A DNA stretch of 64,000 nt from an uncultured Actinomycetota bacterium. Its GTDB lineage: Bacteria; Actinomycetota; Actinomycetes; Propionibacteriales; Nocardioidaceae. The stretch spans positions 179,488 to 243,487 of the forward strand of contig CAWAGL010000008.1 of assembly GCA_963781515.1 (NCBI GenBank). The letters are read 5' to 3'. Positions 19,777 to 30,937 of the stretch are shown here, one piece after another; the stretch's first letter is position 1; each line of letters begins with the position of its first letter. The notes below the pieces were generated by a model. The model searched no databases. It saw only the letters and a program-made list of their open reading frames with translations, and was not told the origin of the DNA. The translations under genes and the position numbers were made by a program.

Positions 19777-21128
19777 CGGTCTGCCAGCAGCTCGAGCACG
19801 CGGGGGCCGATCGAGGTGACCGTGCCGGCACCCAGGGTGATCACCAGGTCGCCGTCGGCGGCGCGGCGTACGAGCTCGGCCGGCACGTCGTCGAAGTCGG
19901 GGACGAACCGCACGCGGCCCGCGGGCAGCGGCACCGCGTCGGCCACCAGCGCGCCGGTGACCTCCGGGTCGGCCTCGTCGCGCGCGAGGTAGACATCGAG
20001 CACCACGACCTCGTCGGCCGCACCGAGGGCCCCGCCCATCGCGGCGCCGAAGATCCGGGTGCGCGAGACGAGGTGCGGCTGGAAGGCGGCGATGACCCGT
20101 CCCGAGCCGACCACCGACCTGGCCGCCTGCAGGTCGCCGGCGATCTCGGTCGGGTGGTGGGCGTAGCTGTCGTAGACGCGGACCCCGCCGGCCGTGCCCT
20201 TGAGCTCCATCCGGCGCGCCGTCCCGGTGTACGACGCGAGGCCGGCGCGCAGGTCAGCCCCGTCGAACCCCAGGGCAGTGCCGAGGGCGAGGGCCCCGAG
20301 GGCGTTCATGACGTTGTGCTCGCCGGGCACCAGGAGCTCGACCCCGAGGTCGGCGGGCCCGAGGTCGGCGTCGTCGGCGTGGCCGTAGGTGAGCACCCGG
20401 CGACCCGCGGCACGGGCGGCAGCGGCGAGGTCGCGGGTGGCCTCGGAGTCGGCCCAGGTCACGAGCAGGCCGTCGGTGTCGATGCGGCCGACGAACTCGG
20501 TGAAGGCCGCACGGTAGGCCTCCTCGGTGCCCCACTGGTCGAGATGGTCGGCCTCGATGTTGGTGACGATCGCGGCGTGGGGCGAGTAGACGAGGAAGGC
20601 GCCGTCGCTCTCGTCGGCCTCGGCGACGAAGAGCTCGTCGGTGCCGGCGTCGGCGTTCAGGCCGGTCGAGGACAGCACCCCGCCGATGGCGTAGGCGGGG
20701 TCGGCCCCGGCACGCAGGAGCGCGGCGGTGAGCAGGCTGGAGGCCGAGGTCTTGCCGTGCGTGCCGGCGACGGCGAGCACGCGCTGGCCGGCCATCACGG
20801 CCGCCAGGCCGGCGGACCGGGGCAGCACCCGCAGCCCGCGCCGTTGCGCCTCGAGCACCTCGGGGTTGTCGTCGCGGGCGGCGGTGGTGACCACCACGGT
20901 GTCGGCGTCGCCGAGGTGCTCGGCCGCGTAGCCGAGATGCACCGTCACGCCCAGCTCACGCAGCGACGGCAGGAACGGGGTGTCCTGGTTGTCGCTGCCG
21001 GTGACCGGCAGCCCGCGCCTGGCCATGATGCGCGCGATGGCCGAGAGCCCGGCGCCACCGATGCCGATGAAGTGGATGCGGCCCAGCTGGTCGGCCGGCA
21101 GCAGCTCGTCGGGCACGGGCACCCTCAT
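19773..21128 (-). CDS. murC: UDP-N-acetylmuramate--L-alanine ligase
   Basis: ORF trimmed to the ATG at 21128 (MRVPVPDELLPADQLGRIHFIGIGGAGLSAIA). Contains the Mur ligase P-loop VAGTHGKTS. ATGA overlap with the murG stop. Confidence 0.93.
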   Translation of the reverse strand: MRVPVPDELLPADQLGRIHFIGIGGAGLSAIARIMARRGLPVTGSDNQDTPFLPSLRELGVTVHLGYAAEHLGDADTVVVTTAARDDNPEVLEAQRRGLRVLPRSAGLAAVMAGQRVLAVAGTHGKTSASSLLTAALLRAGADPAYAIGGVLSSTGLNADAGTDELFVAEADESDGAFLVYSPHAAIVTNIEADHLDQWGTEEAYRAAFTEFVGRIDTDGLLVTWADSEATRDLAAAARAAGRRVLTYGHADDADLGPADLGVELLVPGEHNVMNALGALALGTALGFDGADLRAGLASYTGTARRMELKGTAGGVRVYDSYAHHPTEIAGDLQAARSVVGSGRVIAAFQPHLVSRTRIFGAAMGGALGAADEVVVLDVYLARDEADPEVTGALVADAVPLPAGRVRFVPDFDDVPAELVRRAADGDLVITLGAGTVTSIGPRVLELLADR

Positions 21129-22198
21129 CGGGCGCCCGCCTCGAGGATGATCCGCGCCAGCAGCTCGTCGGCGTCGAGCGGGATGACGTGCGCCGCGGCA
21201 GCACCCATGGCGTCCAGACGGGCGCGGTCGGCGAGCAGCCCCGGCAGGGTCGACTCGACCCACTCGGGGGTGAGTGCGCCGTCGGAGACCAGCAGTCCGC
21301 CGCCCGCGTCGACCACGGGCCGGGCGTTGAGCGCCTGCTCGCCGTTGCCGATGGGCAGCGGCACGTAGACCGCGGGCAGTCCGACGCCCGACACCTCGGT
21401 GACGGTGTTGCTGCCGGCCCGGCACAGCACGACGTCGGCTGCTGCGTAGGCGAGGTCCATCCGGTCGACGTACTGCTCGATGACGTAGGTGCCGGCGCCC
21501 GCGGGCGGGTCGATCGAGTGCTTGGGACCCACGACGTGCAGCACCTGGATGCCGGCGGCGACGAGCGCCGCCGCGGCCTGCGAGACGGCGCCGTTGATGC
21601 GCGCCGCACCCTGCGACCCGCCCGTGACGAGCAGCGTGGGCAGGTCCGCGGACAGGCCGAAGTGGGCGAGCGCCTCGTCGCGCAGCGCCGCGCGGTCGAG
21701 GGTCGAGATCATCCGGCGGATCGGCAGCCCGATGTAGGTCGCGTGCGGCAGCGCGGTGTCGGGGAAGCTGGTCGCGACGTGCGGGGTGAGGCGAGCGCCG
21801 AGCTTGTTGGCGATGCCTGCGATCGCGTTGCCCTCGTGCACGACGAGCGGCAGGCCGCGCGATCGGGCGGCCAGGTAGGCCGGCACCGAGACGTAGCCAC
21901 CGAAGCCGACGACCACGTCGGGACGCACCCGGTCGACGACCTCGACGGCAGCCCGTCGGGCCGCACGGAGCCGCCCCGGCACCCGGAGCAGGTCGGCCCC
22001 CGGTCGACGGGGCAGCGGCACCCGTGGGACGAACTCGAGCGGCAGCCCGGCCTCCGGGACCAGCCGGGCCTCGAGGCCCTCGCGGGTGCCCAGGCAGGTG
22101 ATCACGGTCTCGGGGGCCAGCCGGCGCAGGGCGTCTGCGGTGGCGAGCAGGGGTGAGGTGTGTCCGGCGGAGCCACCGCCGGCGAGGAGGACGTGCAT
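21125..22198 (-). CDS. murG: lipid II synthase MurG (UDP-GlcNAc transferase)
   Basis: MHVLLAGGGSAGHTSPLLA and the GGSQGA block. Conserved position in the dcw cluster. Confidence 0.93.
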   Translation of the reverse strand: MHVLLAGGGSAGHTSPLLATADALRRLAPETVITCLGTREGLEARLVPEAGLPLEFVPRVPLPRRPGADLLRVPGRLRAARRAAVEVVDRVRPDVVVGFGGYVSVPAYLAARSRGLPLVVHEGNAIAGIANKLGARLTPHVATSFPDTALPHATYIGLPIRRMISTLDRAALRDEALAHFGLSADLPTLLVTGGSQGAARINGAVSQAAAALVAAGIQVLHVVGPKHSIDPPAGAGTYVIEQYVDRMDLAYAAADVVLCRAGSNTVTEVSGVGLPAVYVPLPIGNGEQALNARPVVDAGGGLLVSDGALTPEWVESTLPGLLADRARLDAMGAAAAHVIPLDADELLARIILEAGAR

Positions 22199-22203
22199 CG
22201 CGC

Positions 22204-23463
22204 TCAGCCTAGGCGACGGCCACCGGCAGCGAGCCCGGCGGACCGGTTGCGCTTGCGGGCTGCCAGTGCCGCTGCGGCCTCGGGCTCACGACGGGCGAAC
22301 CCCACGAGCAGGCCGAGCGCCACCAGCGACGGCAGCAGCGCGGACCCGCCGTACGACACGAGCGGCAACGGGATGCCGATGACGGGCAGCAGGGCGAGCA
22401 CCATGCCGACGTTGATGATCATCTGGCCGAGCAGCCACACGATGATGCCGAAGCTCATGTAGCGGGTGAACGGGTCGGTGGTGTGCAGGGCGACCCGCAG
22501 CGCGGCATAGGCGATGGTGAGGAAGAGGCCGACCACGAGCAGGGTCCCGACCAGGCCGAGCTCCTCGCCGAGCACCGCGAAGATGAAGTCGGTGTGGGCC
22601 TCGGGCAGGTCGCCCCACTTCTGGGTGCTGGCGCCGATGCCCTGGCCGAACCAGCCGCCCGTCGACAGCGCGTAGAGGCCGTGGGCGGGCTGCCAGCCGG
22701 TGCCGTGGAAGTCGGTGAACGGGTCGACGAACGAGGTCAGCCGCTCGCGGCGCTCGGTGTTGGTGGTCGCCAGGAACAGCGCGACGACGCCGATGATCGA
22801 CGTCGCGAACACGAAGAGCCGCGCGGGTGCGCCGACCACCCACAGCATGGCGAGCAGGATCGCGAACAGGACGAGCGCGGTGCCGAGGTCGTGACCGGCG
22901 ACGACGAGACCGGTCGCCAGCATCATGCCGGGGACCACCGGGATCATGATCTCGTGCACGCGCTCGAGGCGGCGCTCCTTGCGGGCGTAGATGTTGGCCG
23001 CCCAGAGCACCAGGCCGAGCTTGGCGATCTCGGAGGGCTGGATGGCGAGCGGGCCGACGGCGAGCCAGTTCTGGTTGCCGTTGCGCTCCTCGCCCAGGAA
23101 CGTGGTGAGGAGCAGCAGGGTGAGCGAGACGAGGTAGCCGGGCCAGGCCAGCCGACGGATCCACTGGTGGGGCAGCCGCGACGCGACCCAGGCGGCCGGC
23201 AGCCCGAGGAGCACCCACACGAGCTGGCGCTTGACCACGGTGTAGGAGTCGCCGGTGCCGCGGTAGGACGACACGCTCGACGCGCTCAGCACCATGATCA
23301 GGCCGATGGTCAGCAGCAGCGCCGACGCGCCGAGCAGCAGGTAGTAGGAGGTGAGCGGCCGGTCGAGGGCGTGCCGCATCGTGGCGAGCCACGACGAGAC
23401 CGACCGCCGACCCTGCCAGGAGCCGGGGGTGACCTTGACCCGGTGGGGGCTCGTGGTGGCCAT
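22204..23463 (-). CDS. ftsW: SEDS-family peptidoglycan polymerase / lipid II flippase FtsW
   Basis: 419 aa polytopic protein with SEDS blocks (EIAKLGLVLW, PEAHTDFIFAVLGEELG, GIPLPLVSYGGSA). Confidence 0.9.
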   Translation of the reverse strand: MATTSPHRVKVTPGSWQGRRSVSSWLATMRHALDRPLTSYYLLLGASALLLTIGLIMVLSASSVSSYRGTGDSYTVVKRQLVWVLLGLPAAWVASRLPHQWIRRLAWPGYLVSLTLLLLTTFLGEERNGNQNWLAVGPLAIQPSEIAKLGLVLWAANIYARKERRLERVHEIMIPVVPGMMLATGLVVAGHDLGTALVLFAILLAMLWVVGAPARLFVFATSIIGVVALFLATTNTERRERLTSFVDPFTDFHGTGWQPAHGLYALSTGGWFGQGIGASTQKWGDLPEAHTDFIFAVLGEELGLVGTLLVVGLFLTIAYAALRVALHTTDPFTRYMSFGIIVWLLGQMIINVGMVLALLPVIGIPLPLVSYGGSALLPSLVALGLLVGFARREPEAAAALAARKRNRSAGLAAGGRRLG

Positions 23464-23490
23464 CGGTCCCCTCCTCGTGTCTTGCGGTCG

Positions 23491-24963
23491 TCAGTCGCCC
23501 TGGGCTGCGGCTCGCGCGCGCACCGCTGCGGCGAAGGCGTCGCCGCGTGCGCCGTAGCTCGCGAACATGTCCATCGATGCGCATCCCGGCGCCAGCAGCA
23601 CGGTGTCGCCCGGTCGGGCCAGGCCGGCTGCAGCCCCCACGACGCGCTCCATGGGGTCACCAGTGTCCCCGTCGGCGATCACGACGACCGGCACATCGGG
23701 CGCGTGTCGCGAAAGCGCGTCCGCGATGACGTGGCGGTCCCGACCGAGGAGCACGACGCCGCGCAACCGCTCGCGCACGGTCTGCACCAGGTCGTCGAAG
23801 CGCGCGCCCTTGGCCAGCCCACCCGCGACCCACACCACGTGGTCGTAGGCCTGCAGCGACGACTGCGCGGCGGCCGGGTTGGTGGCCTTGGAGTCGTCGA
23901 CCCAGTCGACCTCGTCGAGGGTGGTCACGTGCGCGATGCGGTGACCGTCGGGCCGGAAGGCCCGCAGCCCGTCGCGGACCGCGACCTGCGAGACGCCGTG
24001 CGCCCGGGCCAGGGCGGCCGCGGCCAGCGCATTGGCGACCAGGTGCGGGGGCGGTGACGCTCCCCCGTTCAGGTCGGCGATGGTGCACAGCTCGGCCGCA
24101 CTGGTCTCGCGCTGCTCGATGAACGCCCGGTCGACGAGGATGTCCTCGACGATCCCGACCATGCCGACGCTCGGCATGCCCAAGGTGAACCCGATGGCGC
24201 GGGCGCCCTCGACGACCTCGGCCTCCTCGACCAGCCGCCGGGTCTCGGGGTCGGCGACGTTGTAGACGGCCGCCCGCTGCACCTGGTCGTAGATGCGGCC
24301 CTTGTCGGCGGCGTACTGCTCCATGCCGTGGGGGCCGGAGTACCAGTCCAGGTGGTCCTCGGCGATGTTGAGCACCGCGGCCGACTCGGCGCTCATGGAG
24401 TCGGCGTAGTGCAGCTGGAAGCTGGAGAGCTCGACGGCGAGCACGTCGTAGGGCTCGGGGTCCATGACCGCCTCGACGATCGGCAGGCCGACGTTGCCGA
24501 CCGCGATCGAGCGGAGTCCCGCGGCACGCAGGATCGAGTCGAGCATCTGCACGGTGGTGGTCTTGCCGTTGGTGCCGGTGACGGCGAGCCACGGGGTCGC
24601 GTGGTGGGGGTCGCGCAGCCGCCAGGCGAGCTCGACCTCGCCCCAGATCGGGATGCCGCGGGCCCGGGCCTGCGCGAGGAGCGGCGCGTCCGGTCGCCAG
24701 CCCGGCGAGGTGACGACCAGGTCGACGTCGTCGGGCAGGGTCGCCGTGGCACCCTCCCCGAGGCGGATGGTCGCACCGAGCACCTCGAGCAGCTCGGCCT
24801 TCTCGGCCATCGTGTCGCTGGTCTGCTCGTCGAGGGCGACGACGCCGGCACCGAGGTGGTTGAGGTTGTCGGCGGCAGCGAAGCCGGACACACCGAAGCC
24901 CGCGACGACGGCTCGCACGCCTTGCCAGGAGTCGTGGCGGCCTCGGTCCAACGGGGAGCTCAT
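23491..24963 (-). CDS. murD: UDP-N-acetylmuramoylalanine--D-glutamate ligase
   Basis: ORF trimmed to the ATG at 24963 ([27 protein letters not shown]). Contains the P-loop [14 protein letters not shown] overlap with the mraY stop. Confidence 0.93.
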   Translation of the reverse strand: MSSPLDRGRHDSWQGVRAVVAGFGVSGFAAADNLNHLGAGVVALDEQTSDTMAEKAELLEVLGATIRLGEGATATLPDDVDLVVTSPGWRPDAPLLAQARARGIPIWGEVELAWRLRDPHHATPWLAVTGTNGKTTTVQMLDSILRAAGLRSIAVGNVGLPIVEAVMDPEPYDVLAVELSSFQLHYADSMSAESAAVLNIAEDHLDWYSGPHGMEQYAADKGRIYDQVQRAAVYNVADPETRRLVEEAEVVEGARAIGFTLGMPSVGMVGIVEDILVDRAFIEQRETSAAELCTIADLNGGASPPPHLVANALAAAALARAHGVSQVAVRDGLRAFRPDGHRIAHVTTLDEVDWVDDSKATNPAAAQSSLQAYDHVVWVAGGLAKGARFDDLVQTVRERLRGVVLLGRDRHVIADALSRHAPDVPVVVIADGDTGDPMERVVGAAAGLARPGDTVLLAPGCASMDMFASYGARGDAFAAAVRARAAAQGD

Positions 24964-26048
24964 CCGGTGCCGGCCACCCATTCGGCGTAGAAGATCCCCA
25001 GGCCGACGGCGACGCAGAGACCGGTGATGATCCAGAACCGGATCACGATCGTGATCTCGGCCCAGCCGAGCATCTCGAAGTGGTGCTGCAACGGGGCGAT
25101 CCGGAAGATCCGCTTCCCGGTCCCCGTGATGCGCCTGGTGGCCTTGAACCAGCTCACCTGCAGCATCACCGACAACGTGATCGCCACGAACAGGCCGCCC
25201 AGGATGATCAGCAGCAGCTCGGTGCGGGTGAGGATCGCGAGCCCGGCGAGCGCACCGCCCAGGGAGAGCGACCCGGTGTCGCCCATGAAGATCTGTGCGG
25301 GCGAGGCGTTCCACCACAAGAAGCCGAAGCAGGCGCCCATGATCGACGCGGAGACCACCGCGAGATCGAGGGGATCTCGCACCTCGTAGCAGGACGGGCC
25401 CTGGCTCACGGCGCACGACTGGTTGTTCTGCCAGATGTTCACCAGCATGTAGGCGCCGAAGACCATCACGCAGGCGCCGGTGGCGAGGCCGTCGAGGCCG
25501 TCGGTGAGGTTCACCGCGTTGCTGGTGCCGGTGACGATCACCCAGATCAGCAGCACGACCAGGATCGTCGGCAGCTTCCAGGCCTCGAAGTCACGGATCC
25601 AGCTGATGTGGAGAGCGGCCGGGGTCTTGCCGCGCTCGTCGGCGAGGGCCGGGGAGAGGGCCAGGATGCCGAACGCGACGGCGATGACGGTCTGGCCGAT
25701 CATCTTGGCCTTGCTCCGCAGGCCCAGGCTGCGCTGCTTGACGATCTTGATGAAGTCGTCGAGGAAGCCGACCAGGCCGAGGCCGACGAAGAGGAACAGG
25801 AGCAGGATCGCCGAGACCGAGGGCGTCGACCCGGTGATCAGCTTGGCCAGGAAGTAGGCCAGCACCGACGACAAGATGATGACGATGCCACCCATCGTGG
25901 GCGTGCCGCGCTTGGTGTGGTGGCTGGTCGGGCCGTCGTCGCGGATCTCCTGGCCGTAGCCGTGGTTGGACAGCACCGTGATCGCGAAGCGGGTGCCGAG
26001 CAGTGAGAAGACGAGGGCGAGCCCACCGCCGAACAGGATGGCTCTCAT
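24960..26048 (-). CDS. mraY: phospho-N-acetylmuramoyl-pentapeptide transferase
   Basis: 362 aa polytopic protein with [13 protein letters not shown] and MGDTGSL motifs. Confidence 0.95.
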   Translation of the reverse strand: MRAILFGGGLALVFSLLGTRFAITVLSNHGYGQEIRDDGPTSHHTKRGTPTMGGIVIILSSVLAYFLAKLITGSTPSVSAILLLFLFVGLGLVGFLDDFIKIVKQRSLGLRSKAKMIGQTVIAVAFGILALSPALADERGKTPAALHISWIRDFEAWKLPTILVVLLIWVIVTGTSNAVNLTDGLDGLATGACVMVFGAYMLVNIWQNNQSCAVSQGPSCYEVRDPLDLAVVSASIMGACFGFLWWNASPAQIFMGDTGSLSLGGALAGLAILTRTELLLIILGGLFVAITLSVMLQVSWFKATRRITGTGKRIFRIAPLQHHFEMLGWAEITIVIRFWIITGLCVAVGLGIFYAEWVAGTG

Positions 26049-27439
26049 CGGCTGTCCCCTTCGGTTCGGTGGGCGATCAGTGCATCGGCGACGTGCTCGA
26101 GGGCTGCGCCTCGCGACGCCTTGACGAGTACGACGTCAGGGGCCGACACATTCTGCATCACCCAGAGCAGTGCCTCGTCCCGGCTCGCCGTGACGATCGC
26201 CTCACCGGTCCACCCGGTCACGTCGCGCGCGCCTGCGGCGATCGCCTCGGCCTCGGTGCCCACCGTGACCACGACGTCGATCCCGGCGCGGGCAGCGACC
26301 CTGCCGATGTCGGTGTGCGCCCCGGCCGACTCCCGGCCCAGCTCGAGCATCGCGCCGAGCACGGCGACGCTCCGACCGTCACGGGCGGCGCCGATGCGCG
26401 CGACCGTGTGGATCGCGGCGGTCATCGACGCCGGGTTGGCGTTGTAGGCGTCGTTGACGACGACCAGGCCGTCGGGGCGCTCATGGAGCTCCATCCGCCA
26501 GCGGCTCGCCGGCACGCTCCCGGTCAGGGCGTGCGCGATCACGTCGACGCCGACCCCCACAGCGAGCGCCATCGCCGCGGCGGCGGCCGCGTTGGCGACC
26601 TGGTGCCGGCCGGCCTGGCCCAGGCGCACCGGTCGCCACCGGTCGGCGTACCCGATCTCGAAGGTGGGTCGCTCGAGTTCGTCGAGGGCCAGGCCGCGCC
26701 ACGAGACGTCGCCGTCGGAGCCGAACGTGAGGAGGCGCGCGGAGGTGCGCTCCCCCATCACCGCGGTCAGGGCGTCGTCGGCGTTGACCACGGCGGTGCC
26801 CTCGGGCCGCAACGCCTCGACGATCTCGCCCTTCGCCTGGGCGATGGCGGCCTGGCTGCCGAACTCGCCGACATGGGCGGTGCCGACGTTGATGACGGCG
26901 GCCACGTCCGGCGGCGCGATCTCGCACAGGTAGGCGATGTGCCCGATGCCGCGGGCGCCCATCTCCACCACGAGGTACGACGTCTCCGTCGTGGCCCGCA
27001 GGACCGTGAGCGGCACGCCGATCTCGTTGTTGAAGTTGCCGGCCGTGGCCACGGTCGGGCCCACGGCGGTGAGCACCTGGGCGAGGTAGTCCTTGGTGCC
27101 GGTCTTGCCCTGCGACCCGGTCAGCGCCAGCACCGTCAGGTCGGGCAGCGCGCCGAGGACGTGCCTGGCGAGGAGGCCGAGCGCGGCGACGGGGTCGGCC
27201 ACGATCACCGCCGGCACCCCGGTGTCGCGGCTGCCGAGCACCGCGGCGGCGCCGTCGTCGACGGCCCCCTCGGCATACGCGTGACCGTCGGCGTGCTCCC
27301 CCGCGATCGCCACGAAGAGCCCGCCCTGGACCACCTCGCGGCTGTCGACGAAGGCCGCTCCGGTGACCATGACGCCGTCGTCGCGCACGGCCCGCCCCCG
27401 CACGACCGCGGCGACCTCGGCGAGGCTCATCGCGATCAC
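26045..27439 (-). CDS. murF: UDP-MurNAc-tripeptide--D-Ala-D-Ala ligase
   Basis: Mur ligase P-loop LTGSQGKTGTKD. 4-nt overlaps with both mraY and murE. Confidence 0.92.
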   Translation of the reverse strand: MIAMSLAEVAAVVRGRAVRDDGVMVTGAAFVDSREVVQGGLFVAIAGEHADGHAYAEGAVDDGAAAVLGSRDTGVPAVIVADPVAALGLLARHVLGALPDLTVLALTGSQGKTGTKDYLAQVLTAVGPTVATAGNFNNEIGVPLTVLRATTETSYLVVEMGARGIGHIAYLCEIAPPDVAAVINVGTAHVGEFGSQAAIAQAKGEIVEALRPEGTAVVNADDALTAVMGERTSARLLTFGSDGDVSWRGLALDELERPTFEIGYADRWRPVRLGQAGRHQVANAAAAAAMALAVGVGVDVIAHALTGSVPASRWRMELHERPDGLVVVNDAYNANPASMTAAIHTVARIGAARDGRSVAVLGAMLELGRESAGAHTDIGRVAARAGIDVVVTVGTEAEAIAAGARDVTGWTGEAIVTASRDEALLWVMQNVSAPDVVLVKASRGAALEHVADALIAHRTEGDSR

Positions 27440-28974
27440 CGGCGCACCTCACGGATGGCCGCGGCCGCCACCTCGCGGTCGTCGAACGGCTGGACCACGC
27501 CGTCGATCTCCTGGCCGGCCTCGTGTCCCTTGCCCGCCACGAGCACGATGTCACCGGGTCGCGCCCGTCGGACGGCCTCGTTGATCGCCGCGCGCCGGTC
27601 GCCGATCTCGACCACCTCGCCCGGGCCCGCGGCTCCGGCGACCATCGCGGCCCGGATCGCTGCGGGGTCCTCGGTGCGGGGGTTGTCGTCGGTGACGATG
27701 ACGACGTCGGCCAGGCGGGCCGCGATCTCGGCCATGATCGGCCGCTTGCCCGGGTCGCGGTCGCCGCCGGCACCGAGCACCACGATCACCTGCCCGTCGG
27801 TCAGCGGGCGCAGCGTGTCGATGGCGGCCGCGACGGCGTCGGGCTTGTGGGCGTAGTCGACGAACACCACGAAGTCCTGGCCGGCGTCGACGCGCTCGAG
27901 CCGGCCGGGCACCCCGCCCCCGGCGGAGATGCCGGCAGCGACGCGAGCCGGCTCGAAGCCGAGCTCGGCACACGACGCGACGGCGGCAAGCGCGTTGGAG
28001 ACGTTGAAGAGGCCGGGCAGGCCGACCCCCGCGTCGACGACGAGGCCGCCGGGGCCGAGGACGGTGAACGTCGAGCCGGTCGCCGTGGACGTGACGTCGA
28101 CGGCCCGCCAGTCGGCGTCGGCGCCGGTGACCGAGAAGGTGCGCATCGGGATCGTCGCCTCCGCCAGGAGCCGTCGCCCGTAGGCGTCGTCGACGTTGGT
28201 GAGCCCCAGCCGCGCCCGCTGCGGGGTGAACAGCGACGCCTTGGCCGCGAAGTAGTCGTCGACGTCGGCGTGGAAGTCGAGGTGGTCGCGACCCAGGTTG
28301 AGGAACGTCGCCACGTCGAACACGACCCCGTCGACCCGGCCCATCACCAGCGCATGGCTCGAGACCTCCATCGCACAGGCGGTCACGCCTCGCTCACGCA
28401 TCAGCGCGAAGAGACCGTGGAGGTCGGGCGCCTCGGGGGTGGTGAGGGTGGTCTTGACGTCGGCGCCGAGGATGCGGGTGCCGACCGTGCCGATGACCGA
28501 GGCCGCGACACCGGCCAGCTGGAGGCCGTTCTCCGCGAGCCGGGTGGTCGTGGTCTTGCCCTGGGTGCCGGTGACCGCCAGCATCCGCAGCCCGGTCGCC
28601 GGATCGCCGTACACACGCGCGGCGAGCGGGCCGAGCACCTCCCGCGGCGTGGGTACGACGACCGCCGGGGTGCCCGCGGGGAGCCGGCCGACGCCGGTGG
28701 GATCGGTCAGGACGGCCACCGCGCCGGCAGCCAGGGCCGCCCCGGTGAAGTCGGCGCCGTGCGCCCGGGCGCCCGGCAGGGCGGCGTACAGGTCGCCGGG
28801 CACGATGCGCTGCGAGCTGAGGGTGACCCCGGTGATCTCGACGGACACGTCGCCCAGGACGTCGACGGGCGTGCGCGCGCCCAGCCAGGTCGCCAGGTCG
28901 GCGAGCACGTGCGGGGTCGGGCGATGTGGTCGGGTCTGCCCTGCTGCCACCGGGATCGGCTCGTCGCTCACCAC
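27436..28974 (-). CDS. murE: UDP-MurNAc-L-Ala-D-Glu--2,6-diaminopimelate ligase
   Basis: P-loop VTGTQGKTTT and the C-terminal DDNPR motif typical of the meso-DAP-adding MurE. Confidence 0.92.
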   Translation of the reverse strand: MVSDEPIPVAAGQTRPHRPTPHVLADLATWLGARTPVDVLGDVSVEITGVTLSSQRIVPGDLYAALPGARAHGADFTGAALAAGAVAVLTDPTGVGRLPAGTPAVVVPTPREVLGPLAARVYGDPATGLRMLAVTGTQGKTTTTRLAENGLQLAGVAASVIGTVGTRILGADVKTTLTTPEAPDLHGLFALMRERGVTACAMEVSSHALVMGRVDGVVFDVATFLNLGRDHLDFHADVDDYFAAKASLFTPQRARLGLTNVDDAYGRRLLAEATIPMRTFSVTGADADWRAVDVTSTATGSTFTVLGPGGLVVDAGVGLPGLFNVSNALAAVASCAELGFEPARVAAGISAGGGVPGRLERVDAGQDFVVFVDYAHKPDAVAAAIDTLRPLTDGQVIVVLGAGGDRDPGKRPIMAEIAARLADVVIVTDDNPRTEDPAAIRAAMVAGAAGPGEVVEIGDRRAAINEAVRRARPGDIVLVAGKGHEAGQEIDGVVQPFDDREVAAAAIREVRR

Positions 28975-29002
28975 GCCCGGAGACTATCGCCGGGGTCGTG
29001 GC

Positions 29003-30820
29003 TCACCACTCGACGGGCAGCCGCGACGGCCGGGTGCCGGTGGGCGGGACCTGGTAGCGGCCCAGGGCGTAGCCCATGATCCGGGAGAACGCCGGGCCGC
29101 CGATCGAGCCGCCGCCGCCGTCGACCGTCGGGCCGTGCACGACGACGTAGATCGTGAAGCGCGGGTCGTCGGCGGGGGCGAACCCCGCGAAGGACACGGA
29201 GTTGGAGCCGTCGTAGCAGCCGCACTCGTCGCTGACGCGCTGAGCGGTGCCGGTCTTGCCGGCGACGCGGTAGCCCGCGACCTGGGCCCGGGGGGCGACG
29301 CCGACCTCGTCGTCGACCACCCGCTCCATCATCAGCATCGTCTGGTGGGCGGCCTTCTGGCTGACCACACGGGTCTCGGTGGCGGTGTCGGTGCCGACGT
29401 CGATGCCGTCGTCGGTGACCGCGTGGCCCCGGATCAGACTCGGCTCGACGCGCACGCCGCCGTTGGCGATGGTGTTGATGGCCGACGTCATCTGCACGGC
29501 GTTGACCGACAACGACTGGCCGAACGCGACCCGGTCCTTGGTCTGCGAGGTCATCGCGTCACCCGGGGTCAGGATGCCGCGGGTCTCACCGCGCACGCCG
29601 AGGTCGGTCTTGGCGCCCAGCCCGAACTTCCTCAGGTAGGCAGTCAGCTCGGGCGGCGTGAACTTGTCGGCGGCGAGCACGGTGCCGATGTTGGACGACT
29701 TGGCGATCACACCGGCGAGCGTCAGGCGGATGTCACCGTGGTCGAACCAGTCACCGATCGAGCGGTCCTGCCGGTCGAGCGACGGCGGCACCTTGATCTT
29801 GGTGCGCGGCGTCACCTTGCCGGCGTCGATCAACGAGGCCATGGTGAGCACCTTCTCGACCGAGCCGGGCTCGTAGGGCTCGCTCAGTGCGCGGGAGCCG
29901 AGGTCGGCCTCGGGAGAGTCGAGCGGGTGGTTCGGGTCGTACGTCGGCCCGTCGGCCAGCGCGAGGATCTCGCTGGTGCGGGAGTCCATGACCACCGCGG
30001 CGCCCGACTCGGCGCCGTACTTGTCGAGCGTCTCGTTCAGGACGGTCTGGGTGAAGTAGTTGAGGTCGCGGTCGATCGTGGTGCGCAGTGGGGCGCCGTC
30101 GACGGGCTTGATGGTGGAGTTCTCGCCGAGCGGCACGCGGTAGCCACGGCCCTCGGTGTAGATCGCCTGGCCGTCGGTCCCGCGCAGCTGCTTGTCGAAG
30201 GTCCGCTCGAACCCACCCAGCGGCTCGTCGGTGCCCATGAAGCCGAGCACGTTGGCGGCCACCTCGCCGGCCGGGTAGTCGCGGACCGGGTCCTCGAGGG
30301 TGGTGATCCCTCGGAAGCCGAGACTGTCGATCTGGTCCACGACGTCGGAGGCCTGGGTGGACGGGACCCGGCGAGCGATGTACTGGAACCTGCCGCCGAC
30401 GGCGCCCTCACCGCCCTGGTAGCGCAGCTTCTCCAAGGTCTCGAAGTAGTCGACCCCCAGCTCGGTCGAGAGGATCCTGGCCAGCTCGTTGGCGTCGTCC
30501 CGGGTCATCTGCGGGTCCGCGATGACCATCTTGCCGGCCACCGAGTCGGCGAGCGGCACGTCGTTGCGGTCGAGGATCTCGCCCCGCTCGGCCGGCAGGA
30601 CGATGTCGACCACGCCCTCCTCGGCGGCCATGGCGGCATACGCGTTCGGGTCGATGCCCTGCAGCTGGACCAGTCGCACGCCGAACACCGAGAGCACCAT
30701 CGCGATGACCACGAAGCCCACGCGCAGCCGGACCTTGGGCGCCCCCCGACCGACCGGCCGGCCGGCGAGGCGGCCGCGGGTCTGCCGGGTGCTGCTGGGC
30801 CTGGGGCGGTTCGACGGCAA
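29003..30820 (-). CDS. ftsI: division-specific class B penicillin-binding protein (FtsI/PbpB)
   Basis: N-terminal TM helix, PBP dimerisation region, and transpeptidase motifs SVEK (SxxK), SSN and KTGT. The apparent TTG start at 30820 lies 6 nt after GGAG. Confidence 0.9.
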   Translation of the reverse strand: MPSNRPRPSSTRQTRGRLAGRPVGRGAPKVRLRVGFVVIAMVLSVFGVRLVQLQGIDPNAYAAMAAEEGVVDIVLPAERGEILDRNDVPLADSVAGKMVIADPQMTRDDANELARILSTELGVDYFETLEKLRYQGGEGAVGGRFQYIARRVPSTQASDVVDQIDSLGFRGITTLEDPVRDYPAGEVAANVLGFMGTDEPLGGFERTFDKQLRGTDGQAIYTEGRGYRVPLGENSTIKPVDGAPLRTTIDRDLNYFTQTVLNETLDKYGAESGAAVVMDSRTSEILALADGPTYDPNHPLDSPEADLGSRALSEPYEPGSVEKVLTMASLIDAGKVTPRTKIKVPPSLDRQDRSIGDWFDHGDIRLTLAGVIAKSSNIGTVLAADKFTPPELTAYLRKFGLGAKTDLGVRGETRGILTPGDAMTSQTKDRVAFGQSLSVNAVQMTSAINTIANGGVRVEPSLIRGHAVTDDGIDVGTDTATETRVVSQKAAHQTMLMMERVVDDEVGVAPRAQVAGYRVAGKTGTAQRVSDECGCYDGSNSVSFAGFAPADDPRFTIYVVVHGPTVDGGGGSIGGPAFSRIMGYALGRYQVPPTGTRPSRLPVEW

Positions 30821-30937
30821 GGCGTGCTCCGGGTGATCTCGGGAACGGCGTTCGGGACGGGCGGGCGAGCTCCTCCATGTCTACCGGTCGAAGCGGGTCG
30901 ACCGGCCGAGGCTGGGCTCGTCGGAGAACGTGTCGCG